A stretch of DNA of 63,911 nt, the filler included, from Pelomyxa schiedti (lineage: Eukaryota > Protista > Evosea): NCBI GenBank assembly GCA_020536535.1. It is 14 parts of 14 records of this genome, joined end to end, with 100 filler letters (N's around TTAATTAATTAA, not from the genome) between each part and the next. Parts side by side here need not be neighbours in the genome. Positions count along the whole stretch, not along the records: positions 1 to 26,343 come from JAHLWZ010001039.1; 13 more parts are not named here. The stretch is one strand, 5' to 3'. Of the stretch, positions 1 to 19,881 are shown piece by piece. Every line of letters begins with the position of its first letter. The first letter of the stretch is position 1. The translations under genes were made by a program, and so were the position numbers. The notes below the pieces were generated by a model. That model saw nothing but the letters and a program-made list of their open reading frames with translations, ran no database searches and was not told the origin of the DNA.

Positions 1-318
1 AAACAAGGTGTGTGGTGCTTCCCAATTAATTAACCCCTCAATTTCGCACAAGGTACCCTTTGGATTTGGATTGGATATATTGTGTGTGGATTGGAGATTC
101 TATTTTGTGCAAAAGAAAACCTTCTGAAAATCTGTAACAGTGAATGCCCACTGACAACAACTCCGTTTTTAGATACTACCTACCTCTCAGCCATCCAGTC
201 AACAACAATCTCACCACAGCAGAGTTCCGCTGTGTTAAAGTACTTCCTAGTTGTGTAATTGGCATTTTTTTTATTTAGACTTCTTTTCATACACAATTTG
301 AAGTGTTAGTGTGGTGGT

Positions 319-8815
<8,497 letters not shown>

Positions 8816-9403
8816 CGTGGTGGTCCGGTGGCGACCTCGCTTGAAGTGCCCTGGATTTATCGAATTTGTGATTTTCCTCCCGTTTTACTCCTGGCAGCTG
8901 TTAACGGAACAGTTTTTCCAATTGACTTATTTAGATTGAGGCCAAGTCTCAACGATCAACGATGATGGGATTACAGAGCCAAATTTCCTTCAGGTCGGAA
9001 TCGTTGGGTGAACGAAGAACACACAGAGATAAGATGAAACCTTGATGCTGGTAACTCTCTACATCCAGGCCAATTATCTCTACTTTGGGCACTACTTTTC
9101 CTCAGTCAGGATAGGTTGGCTCCAATGCACTTGAGGACCTTTCAGTGTACTGGAAGGAGACACTGAGACTCTCTGAGTTTTTCGAGGCACCTCGTCGTTT
9201 GGTGGGAAAAAAAAAAGGGTTCCTTTATATGGATTTACACGCAGGCAAATGCGGAATGTTACAGACCTAAAAAAAACTCAAAAACAACAAAAGGTTTGCA
9301 TAAAAAAAAAAAAAAGCAGGCACACCACACGCCAGCGGTACCGCAAAGATCCAACCAACACAAGTCGCTACGCGTGTAGAGTAGTACAACAGACATACCG
9401 AAG

Positions 9404-10838
9404 ATGTTCAGGGGCAAAAATGCGAAATCGTCGGCGCCACCACCTCCACCACCGTCGTCCGGCGGCGGCGCACCACCTCCCCCACCACCCCCACCACCAC
9501 CTCCTTCCGCTCCAGTGGCGCCTCCTCCTGTGCGTTTTTTTTTTCCCCCTGTTTTTTGTCTGTATTTTTCTTGGGTTTTTTTTTTTCGGTTTTCCTTTTC
9601 TCCTTTGCTTGTTACTTACCTATGCATGTAGAAAACCGCGGCTAGAGGAGCGTTGCTGAGCGACATTTGCTCTGGCACGAAACTGAAGCATGCTGTTACT
9701 GTAGACAAGTCAGGACCACTCCTTGAGAATCGTACTGTCTCCCCCGAAGTAATACTTCTCCCCACTAACTTTTCTAGCAAAAACTCCAAGTGGTCCATCA
9801 GCGAACAACCCACTGGGTATCCCGACAGGCGGTATAAGCGCACTCAAGAAGAGAACACCTGGTCCCCCTGGTGGCCCTGGCGCTCGCCCAGCGCCCCCAC
9901 CTGCGTCACCGGCATCATCTACTGAGAGTGAGGACACAGCACCCCAAATTGGCGGTCTAGCCATGGGCATTGGCGCAGTTAAACTGAAACCAAGTGGCAC
10001 ATCCACTAGACCAACCCCTGGTGGTGTCAAGTCTACTCCCGCACCGCCGTCTTCTGTCGGCAGACCTTCTCCAACAACAGCTTCGCGTGCTGCGCCACCC
10101 CCCAAGGAGGATAACTCTGCTGAGCTAGAGGATCTTAGGAAGCAGTTAGCCGAGGCGCTTTCTGCAAAGGAGAAGGTATCATGACACTTCACCTATGTGT
10201 AGTTGTAGGCCTAATTCTCTTTTAGGCGGAGACTGAGCTCCATGAATTGAAGAATCAACTTGAGATTCTTACCAACGAGGCCGAAACCCTCCGGTCCGAA
10301 AATGAAACCCTTAAACAAAAAGTTTGTTCCTTTCACTACTGTATCTCGAAACCAAACACTCTTGCAGTCGCCATCTCCTGCTGCTACACCAGCCTCCAAG
10401 CCAACACCTCCCGCTGCTGCAAGCAAACCCTCCTCTTCTTCCAGTTCCTCTTCAAAGAGCAGCGGCAGCAGCAGCCATTCTTCTTCCCACAGTTCATCTC
10501 ATCACAGCTCAGGGTCAAGCACCTCCCACAGCTCGCCTGCTCCGAAGGGTATCGTCTCTCGAAATCCTTAAAATTTGAACTAACATCCCACAGCTGCTCC
10601 CCCTCCCCCTCCCGCCGCCAAGAAGCCTCAGTGCAGGGCCCTCTTTGACTACAAGAGCACCGAGCCAGGAGACCTTGTCTTCACGAAGGGATCCATCATC
10701 ACCGTTCTGGACAGCTCGGTACAAACAACTATTCCCACTAATGTCTTCCTCTGACTTGTCCCACAGAAAGATTGGTGGTCTGGAGAGCTCAATGGCAAAT
10801 CCGGTGCCTTCCCCGGCAACTACGTGGAAATGATCTAA
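9404..10838 (+). CDS. Pro-rich WH2 + coiled-coil + C-terminal SH3 protein (verprolin/WIP-like actin regulator)
   Basis: Poly-Pro N-terminus. WH2-like RGALLSDICSGTKLKHAVTVDKS (~9640-9715). Coiled coil ELEDLRKQLAEALSAKEK|AETELHELKNQLEIL. SH3 CRALFDYKSTEPGDLVFTKGSIITVLDSS|..WWSGELNGKSGAFPGNYVEMI*, stop at 10836-10838. Confidence 0.85.
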
Positions 10839-11055
10839 AGTATCCGATTTCCGTGCACACACCCGCCACCAAACCCAAATCACAAATGCAACAAAAGAAC
10901 GACTTGCTGAAAAGAAGTTTACTCTGTTTTTGTCTGTTTAATATTTCCCCCAAATCAACAAACACAGAACAACCAAGTAGTTGTGAGTTTGGGGAGCAGA
11001 ATTCATTGGTCCTCTAGAGAGCCCTATGGCCTTCCTTCCCTATTGCTTCAATTCC

Positions 11056-12540
11056 CTATTGCTTCCTTTCGGCGTGTGGGGAAGGCGATGCGGACGTGGA
11101 GGGGGTGGGCGGGGAGGACGAGTAGGTGTCGGTGTTCTGGGCCAGCCTCTCGGAAGCAGCCAGGCGTAGGAGCCTGTCGACCGCGGCGTTGCCAATGACG
11201 AGGCTAAAGTCCCTGCCTGTGAGTGACACCACTTCAACGGAATCAGAAAGCTTGCGTGTGTGCGTGATTAGAAAATTAGGATAGGATTGGTTGCGCGTAC
11301 TGCAAGGATATTTGCGGCCCTGTTATTCTTGGTTATTAGAGCTAGCTCTCCAAAGTAATCTCCTTCAGTGAGTTCTTTAACAGGTACTTCTTCTATAGCC
11401 CCATCATCCCTGGGAATGTTGAGAGTAACCGCAACAACACCCTTGTGAAATACAGCAAGTTACTTTCGGGAAGCACGGGTTTATGCAGGGGACTGTACCT
11501 TCTCTACTACATAGAATCTGTCACCTACATCTCCTTGGCGAAGGATGTATTCCCCTGCTTTATATGCGTGGTGTTCCAGTGCATCTGCTATCAACCCTTT
11601 CTCACATTCTGTCATTGGACCTATATCTGTGTTAATTAGGAAGCAGTACACACTGATAGAGGGCCCAAACTGAGTAACGGAACTCTATTCAAGAAATACA
11701 TGAATCGCTTCCGTTTCTGAATGGCAGCTCCCATTAGTATTTGCCTAAAGGTGAGTCTATCCATGACCCAAAGGGTTCCGTGACCCTCCGACTAGAACTA
11801 CATTAGTGGCGACCTTATGAGAAAGAATCTTGACCTTTACAGTAGCTGTTCGAGGGCAGTCATACAAAAGAGCAATTTCACCAAAGCTTCTTCCTTCCCC
11901 GAGGGAGGTAACTTTCGTTCCCGAAACTATTACAGAGAAGGAACCTTTCGTGACAACGAAAAACTCGTTGCTTTCCGTATCTCCTACAGTCATAGAATCA
12001 AACCAAGGCATGTAGAAAGACTAGGGAATGATACCTTGATGGATAACAACTTCTCCAGGTTGAGTTTCTTTCTCATACATTGCGTCTACCATCTCTTCGA
12101 ATCTTCCCTTTTCAACACGTTAGTTACAACTCAAGTATTCAAATAGATGACAGACATTTCCGCGGCACATAATGTTGTGCCATTGTTGCGGCGATTCTTT
12201 CCCTTGTTTCAACTGGCTTAGGTACTTTACGCAGTTCACCTTTTCCACATCACAACTTGATAGATAACCATAGAATGCTACACACAAGGTGGGAACTTCT
12301 GGCAATAATCCAGGCTTTCAGAACTCACAGAAAACCTCCTGTCTCCTGTAATTAAAGAGAGGATACGAAAATCAGTTGTCTATTCCACGGTGCTGCGAAT
12401 TGACATTTCGATTTCTATATACTGCATAGCACCAACAAAGCAAAGCAACTTACTTCCATTGTGGTTGTGACCAACAGTACTAAGCCGCCTTCTCGCTGGT
12501 ACGTGCAGGGACGACATTTGTTGACTGCGAAGCCACGATG
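11056..12540 (-). CDS. pkaR: cAMP-dependent protein kinase regulatory subunit (two cNMP-binding domains)
   Basis: Inhibitory-site sequence RRFSVSSES (~12314-12346). CNB-A phosphate-binding cassette SFGEIALLYDCPRTATVK (~11830-11890). CNB-B GDYFGELALITKNNRAANIL (~11300-11365). Stop TAG at 11056. Start codon not resolved, so the 5' coordinate is approximate. Confidence 0.8.
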
Positions 12541-12779
12541 TACACTTGATCAGCCGGAGATAATGTGCTTGTGCTGCTAGTTGAGGGTATTTTTTAAAAA
12601 AAGGTGAATGTGGAGTTGCTTGTCCGTGCAGTGGACTTTTTTTCTTCTTTTTTTCCGGATGGGGTGTGAGTAATCACTGGGATTTCGATGTGATGGTTTA
12701 GGGGAATGGGTGTTTTTTTGGTTTAAATTGGGGTACAAAGGCTGGTCAGTTTATGGCGGCACGAGTTGCAGGTGTTATG

Positions 12780-15700
12780 TTATATGGACCATTTCTGGAT
12801 GAGGTCGGCATCGTCGGGGGAGTAGAAGGGCTCTCCAGTTTGGGCAATGATGGTTTCCCCACAGAAAGGGCACTCGGAGGCAATCAAGTCGTCGTACTCC
12901 TGCTTGGCCCTCTCATATTCCGCTACGGCCGCGTCGTCTTGCTCACCTGAGAGGAGTTAATTAGAGTAGTGAGTAACTTGCAGTGTCTTGATTCCAACCT
13001 GGGACAGAACTTCGGGCAGGAGGGTATGATAACCAGGACTGCAACTCCTCAGCCCTCTGCCTTTGGGCTGGTGTGAGGAAGCCGACCATCTGAGAGGAGT
13101 GACGGTTTGAGAAGAAGGGGAATGTTGGGGGATACAGACATGGTCGTGCAGGCACTCAGCATGCATCACATGCCTGCAAGGGAAATAGAAAAACTGTCTA
13201 GCCAATGCGGGACAGTGGCAGAGTTCACATTGCTGAGTGGCAGCAACAACACCACATTTATTTCGAAGTGCACTGATATCTTTTCTGATAAGGTTTGCAG
13301 ATTTTGTAGCCTCAGCCATTTCTTCCTTCAAAGCCGCAATATGTTTGTTATACTCTTCTAGTGATCTACAAATTTCCTCCTGAAAGACTTTTAATATGTA
13401 TCACAGGAAATCAGTTTAACCTTGAAATCATCTATTACAGTGAATTCGGGGAAGAAAGGGAGAATATCTTCGATTTTAAGAAGCTTTTCACACTCTCGAA
13501 GGAAAAGCATTACACTTGAAGGCAATGAGTAAAATAGAATAGAAAAGGAGCATACGTTTTTATATTGGCAGCTTTGTTGTCCCCCTTAGTGCACTGTTTA
13601 ACAACAAACTGAGCAATCTTTAACCACAGACGTTTCTTCAAAATCTCGTCGTCTGGCTTTCCTGCGTGAAGCTTAGCCAGGGAGAGATCTTCCAGGAGAG
13701 CTAAATCGACGGCCTCTTCAAACATATGCATATTACTATAAATCACAACACATGCACGCTTTTTATCTAGCTTGGTGCACAGACGAAGAGCGTATTTTGG
13801 ATCATAGAAGGCTGGTTGATCCTGCTTTTATCAGAGGGACTGAAGGGAAAAGAGTAAGATGTACATTTAAGAATTTCTGCAGAGCTGTTTCATCTTTCTG
13901 CTGTGCATAAAGAGACAAAAGGTAATTGTGAACAGCGGGATCATGGTTGGTGCGAATGCTGTACTCCAAATATCGGATTGCTTGGTTCTTCATGCCAATT
14001 AAAACCTCAAAAACTTCAAAAAAGCGCTACGAACAATACCTCTGTACTGGCGGGATGCTTAGCTGGATTATACCGCATTAAAGCAGGAAACAGGTTCTTG
14101 GGTTTAAGTTGAACTTTTGAGTTGATCCAGCATGTAACTAAATCCACCGGTTCATGGCATATAATTATGGGAGAAAACTTATAAAATAATGCCTCATGGG
14201 CTTGGGTCTTTTGGAGGTTTACTTGTTAGATTGTGTTTTGTAAGAATTAGTATCGAACCAGAGTTAGCATAACCCTAATGGTCTGCCTGAAAGCATTAAG
14301 CTGTAAGAAGTAAGACAACAATCGTTCATAGTCCTCTATCAGGAACGCATAGTGTAACATGTCTTCAGTGCGACCATGTGCGGCAATAAGACTGAATGTG
14401 GTTTCCACATTTAGAGAATCCTGGTTTTGTAACTCTCAGGAGGAGTAGAAGAGGAAAACCTTGTATTTATCTAAGAAGGCCTTAAACTCTTCCATTGTCA
14501 CTGCCTTAGAGGGTGAATTGATATCTGCAAGCTGGTTGAGCTTATGGAGATATAATTCCGTTAACCAAGTGCAAATTGCAGTAATTTGCATCTTGTGCTA
14601 AGATTGAAGTAAGTAACGGTAAGCATAGTCGTTGGTTGCACCTGAGGATTTATGGTGGCCAGCTTGTCATTCAAGTATCGCAAAAGGAAGTGCCGCTTTT
14701 CTTTGTTGATAAATTTCAATGCTACTTTCTCAAAGGGGACTGTTGTTTTGGCAAATGAAAGGGCGGATAATTCATATTGCTCCTAAATAATGTAAGAGTC
14801 ACAAGTCCAAGTTGTCATGCACACCAAGGTAAAGTAGTGCTCAGCCTGTGCAGTCCAAACTATATCTTGCTTCTCGAGATCACCCTAAATTTGGAGGAAC
14901 TATAAGAATAATAAATGAGAAGGTGCAACTACACCTTACAGTAATCGATTGCAGATTGCCACTCTTTCTGCTCCATTTTTTGTCTCCAGACATCTCTGTC
15001 CTCATTAGCTATGAGCATTTCATAAATAAGATTGCTGGCACAAATGAAAATTCTGCCATTCTCTTTAAAGGTATCTTGTGCTATGCAGTGAATTTTCCCA
15101 CATTTCTTCGTAAATTAAACCGAAGAAATATAAAACGGATGGTGCATACAGGACTCAACTCAAGATCAAAAACAACTTCTTCTGTCAAATTATTCATACA
15201 CTGTATCTTTTGATCATATACTAACACGTAGTGAAATTCAGTTAGAGCAATGCCAAGTGGTGGGTCAGGAGGAGCGGAAGGATCTTTGGCAGGGTACCTG
15301 TGATATATAAATTATTGTTCCCTGTTCTGGGCACTAAAGATACCGAATAAGAGATGTATCTGTGGTTACTGCATCTCCAGACCCTTGGTACACAAAACTA
15401 ATTTTACCGTGATAAATTCCTGGCCCTGAAATGCTATTAGAAGTGGTTATATAAGTATATTCACCTGTTAGCCAAGCAAAGTTAGTGGCATTTGCCCTAC
15501 GAAACTTACAGAAGAAGGCTAAGTCAGCATTGACAAGGCGCACGCCCTGTGGAATTTCGGTAAACTTTGGACCTTCTTGGTGTTGAAACAGGGTTTCAAA
15601 GGTGGGCCCACCTTTTCAACAGTAAATTGATGGCGAAGACAAGAATGAGCTTACCAATGAATTGGTAAATACGAGAGGTGGTGGTGGCAATTACAAAAAA

Positions 15701-16660
15701 TCTTGCCTTATCTTCTTGACACCTTTCCCATCTTAGACCTGTTATAGCCTGTGACGTACTGATATCTAGAGGATAAACCTATACAAAAATGAATGCACCT
15801 TATTATTTTGTTAAAGTAGTACCTTGTTCCACAGCATGTCTTTTGAAAGATCTTTTGCTGCCTCAATGCAAGCCTCGAATATCCTCCCCTGATTTGTTCC
15901 AACCAGGAACTCCTTCGTGCTTCTGGCATCAGTGTTTTGCAAATCCCAAGCCACGCTTTCAATTCGTACTCCTTTGCAGCGTGGAAGGGGCTTTGGCTTG
16001 TTGAAAGATGAGTGCAAGTAATAATTTTCGTCACTTTCGAGGCTGATGAGGAGATGATTGCCCGTGGGATCAAGAAAGATTTTACTAATTTGGCTGTCAT
16101 CTCCCTTTGGAGTAGGGATGATTATGTCTGGAGTGAGTTATTGAAAGACTGAGGGTATTGGAAGCAGTGTGCTGGTTGGAGAAAGTGGAAGTGTTCACCT
16201 TTTATGATTGGTTCCCTTCCTCCAGAGGTATCAGACAGGTCAATGTGCACAATGTTTTTGTTGTGGCAAGCCAATACCAAAACGTTGTTTGCCAGAACCA
16301 CTTGTATAAGTCCTTTGGTGTGCAAAGGCACACTGGATATACTTTGCAACTTGGCCAACTTGAACACGTGCTCAGGCTCCTCCACAGCTGATGCACTTGC
16401 CCCACGGCCTTCTCCTGACTGAGGGACTTCTGTGTCCAACTACAAAGAAGCCCATTAATACAAGTCAAATTAAGTTCATTGATTGAAACAACAGTAACTA
16501 CAAAAGGAGAGATTTTCGCTGGGGGAAAAAAGCAAGAAAAAGGGTTTCTCGCGAGAAAAGAGGCAAAAAAAACTGCACAGTAGGGGAAACGACAAACACA
16601 CACATCGTCAACTTCAGTCGTTGCATAGTTTCCGAACCCTTGGAAGTTATCGTCAGCCAT
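12780..16660 (-). CDS. VPS18: Vacuolar protein sorting 18 (Pep3/Vps18, HOPS/CORVET core subunit), multi-exon
   Basis: MADDNFQGFGNYATTEVDD|LDTEV start. Pep3 N-terminal motifs CKGVRIESVAWD..EFLVGTNQGRIFEACIE and FAWLT..GIYHG. Clathrin-repeat-like QAIRYLEY..HNYLLSLYA and EEAVDLAL..KKRLWLKIA. C-terminal RING CELCHCPALARQFFYFPCRHVMHAECL and DDLIASECPFCGE. Stop at 12780. Confidence 0.93.
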
Positions 16661-16986
16661 CTCCCACGCTGCCCAGATCTTTTTCCTTTGTTTGTTCCCT
16701 TTCAACGAACACTTCAGTCGATCACCACACTTTTGCTCTTACCTTAAACATCTGGAGTTACAGCCGTTGCCTGCACACACGCTCCGAATTGTTTTCCTTG
16801 TTGGCATTGGCTTAGAACTGAGGAGCATCTGACCAAGGCCTCCTCAGTCGGCTTTTTCTAGAACCATTTGATGTTTGTGTGTAACGATTTTCGCCACACC
16901 TTTGTGAAACAAAGGGCCCGTTGTTTCGAAACCGAAGAAAAAGAAAAAAACCAAAACCCGATAGACCTAACACGAAACACGAGAAA

Positions 16987-19551
16987 ATGGGAGCAACGCC
17001 GTCATCGCCGGTGACGTCGCCGCGACGCGCCAGGCTGACTCGCACGCACCACCGCTCCGAGACCAGCGGCCGCAGCCGCGGCCGGGCGCGGTCGCACTCG
17101 GTCACGGCGGACATCCCCGGCACGGGGACCCGCCGCGCCTCGCTGTTCACCATCTCGCGGAGCTGCGAGGGCACGGCCCAGCCGAGCGGGGGCGCGGGGG
17201 CGCTGCTGCCCGGCGGCCACGTCGCCCCTGCGCGGCCCGCCTCCTCGCTCTCGCGCCACGCCGAGGGCTCGGACTGCTCGCTCTCGCCCAGGGCCGACTT
17301 TGACGACTCCTCCACGCCCTCCTCCTCCTCCCCGTCACCCACCCCGAACTCGGCCTCGGGCGCCTCCACCCCCACCGCGACGCTCGGCACGACGCCTCCG
17401 ACGGCGACGCCGCCGCCGCCGCCGCTGGAGCCGCCGCCCCCGCTGAGCCCCGAGAAGCGCGAGGCGGCGGCGCAGGCGCTGAGCCTGGCCAACCTGCTGT
17501 GGACGGTCGTGCTGCCCCGCAGCCTCCCGCGCTGGTGCAGCTACTTCCCCTGCGGGCCCAACGCCAGCTCGGACTCGCGCCACATCCGCGCCCTGCAGCA
17601 CAGCCGCGCCATCATCTTTGGGTGCGAGGTCCCGGCCGAGTCCACGAGCGAGCTGATGGAGGACGCGGCGGCCCTGGGGGACTCGCAGTCGCTGGCGCAG
17701 GTCATCTGCGACGCGTGGAGCGGGGCGGCCAAGCAGTGGCCGTCCGTCGCGTCGCCGGCTGTCACGAGGTATCCAAACACTGCTTCTTTTGAGGTGGATC
17801 CTACTGCTGCTCTGCTTATTAACTTGGCAGAGGCTCTATTTCCGTATGCTTAGCTTCTTTTTGTTTTTGTTTTTGTTTTTGTTTTTGCTTGTGCTTGTGC
17901 TTGTGCTTTTGCTTTTGCGTCATGCAGACTCTGTTTTTCTTGTATTTAGTTCAGGTTTTTTTGGCTAGTTTGGAATTTCTGTTGGTTTTGTTTTGTTTGG
18001 ATAGTACAAATTTATTTACTATTTACATTTAGCCTTGTACCACTTGTGTGTAAAAGTCTTGCATTCTTGGCGGATCTGAATGTACAATCTGTCGACCCAC
18101 GAAATGAGCTTGGGGGAAGTGATGCTCTTGTGGCTGTTGCTAGGCTTGGCTCTCGAAGAGGCACCAACTGGATTCTGCGTAATCGCAGAAGTTGGTGCAA
18201 ACCCGGAGCTTATGAAAACATATTTTTATCAGCATGCTCTGCAGGGAACTGGGATATATGTAGATCAATCTGGAATATTGTTCACTCACATTCTAAATTT
18301 GGACTTGCTGATAAAAGTATCCTTTACGCTGTAGCTAATGGCCATGTCGAAGTTGCAGAAAAGTTAGTCAAGATGCTCCGCAATCCACTTTCGCCTGAAC
18401 CTTTGATGCTACAACTAAGCTGTTCAGGGGGGCACACTGAAACTGTGCAATGGCTCTGCAAGCAAGTCAATTTTAGAAGGCTCCCAGATGTCAACTTTGT
18501 TGCCGCCAAGTCCATGCAAGCCTGCTGTGCACACGGCCACCTGGACTTGGCCAAGTGGATAGCGAACGAGTTTGCACTGAGACGAGAGCATATTGCCGGC
18601 CCTATTATGAACAGTTCACTGGCCTGGGCATGCAGATACGGCCACATCAGGGTGTGCCGCTGGCTTCTCCGGGAGTTCAAAATCAGCACCGCGGAGGTTG
18701 TAGAATCCAGCGCCATAGAGGCGTGCTGCGAAGGCGGCCACATCGAAATCCTAGACTGGGCCCAGACACACCTAGACATGGCCGCGATCCCCGACTCCAC
18801 CAAAGTCGACGCGCTGCTGATGTGCTGCACCACAGGGAACCTGGCCGTGGCCAAGTGGCTCTACACCACCTTTGGCCCGCAGCCCTTCAACCCGACCGGC
18901 CAGTTCCTGCAAGAAAGCTGCGGGGCCGGGCACCTCGAGCTGACCAAGTGGCTGATGGAGGTGTTCCCGGTGCCCATCGACGTGGCGCAGGAGTGCCTCA
19001 AGTTCGCGTGCCAGCGGCAGCACACGGCGCTGGCGCGGCACCTGTACCAGCAGTTCACGTTCCTGGACCCCCTGAGCTCGTTCAGCCTCTCGTGCGTCGA
19101 GCTGGGCAGCGCGGCGTTCGCGCAGTGGGCGCTGCAGGTCTCCCCGGTGGAGTTCGACGCGGACGAGGCGGCGACCGAGCGCCTGTTCAGCGAGTGCTGC
19201 GGCCGCGGGCACCTCGCGCTGGCCCGCTGGCTGTGGCGCGAGCAGCTGCGCGACCTGCCCGACTTCTCGGCCGAGGCCCCGGCGCTCGCGGCCCGCCTGG
19301 TCGTGCAGCTGTGCTCGTCCTCGCAGCTGCTGCCCACGGCCGCGTGGCTGTGCGCCGAGTTCGGCGTGGCGGCGACGCCCGAGGTGGAGCAGGCCTTTGT
19401 GGACTCCTGCGGCAACTACAACTTCTTCGGGGCGTGGTGGCTGTACGTGACCTTCAAGTTCGCCCCTGACAGCCCCACGTTCAGAAAGGCTCTGGAAAAG
19501 TGCCCCGGCTCGAAGATGAACATTTTCCTCAAACGCCTCGCTGGTGTGTGA
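16987..19551 (+). CDS. Ankyrin-like repeat protein with Ser/Pro-rich N-terminus (MG start, possible myristoylation); 2 exons
   Basis: Exon 1 16987-17768 and exon 2 18033-19551. The intron (GTATCC..TTTAG) is phase-compatible. Repeated units ACSAGNWDICRSIW, AVANGHVEVAEKL, ACCAHGHLDLAKWI, ACRYGHIRVCRWL, ACCEGGHIEILDW, SCGAGHLELTKWL, ECCGRGHLALARWL. Confidence 0.8.
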
Positions 19552-19881
19552 GTGACTTGAATTCGCCTAAAACAGCATCAACGTGCAGTGCAGGGATATA
19601 CGGATATGAATGAGATAGAGAGATATAGAGATGCGGAACCACTCAGTGTGATATTTTTTTTTTTTAAGGCATCAATCACCAACACGCAACAATGAGAAAC
19701 AAATGTTAAAACCAATCAACACCACCTCACATTTTGGGATGTCTATTAAATACTGTGTAAAATAACACTAGTCCTTTGTCACGAAAGTGACACCATAACC
19801 TATCTTTTGTTTTTAAAAATAGTCCCAAAGAAAAAAAAACCTACGAAAAAGATAAAGGTTTCTTATCTTTACTCTATCCCT

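Noticed and set aside
8940-9250. Possible ncRNA in the Roco/WH2-SH3 intergenic region
   Set aside because: No convincing C/D, H/ACA or snRNA motifs by eye; probably UTR/promoter.
18324-19469. Several alternative-frame and antisense ORFs over the ankyrin-like gene (also over the Sel1 region 49377-50211 and HSP20 27246-28046)
   Set aside because: Explained by high GC3 in the real gene, which suppresses stops in other frames.
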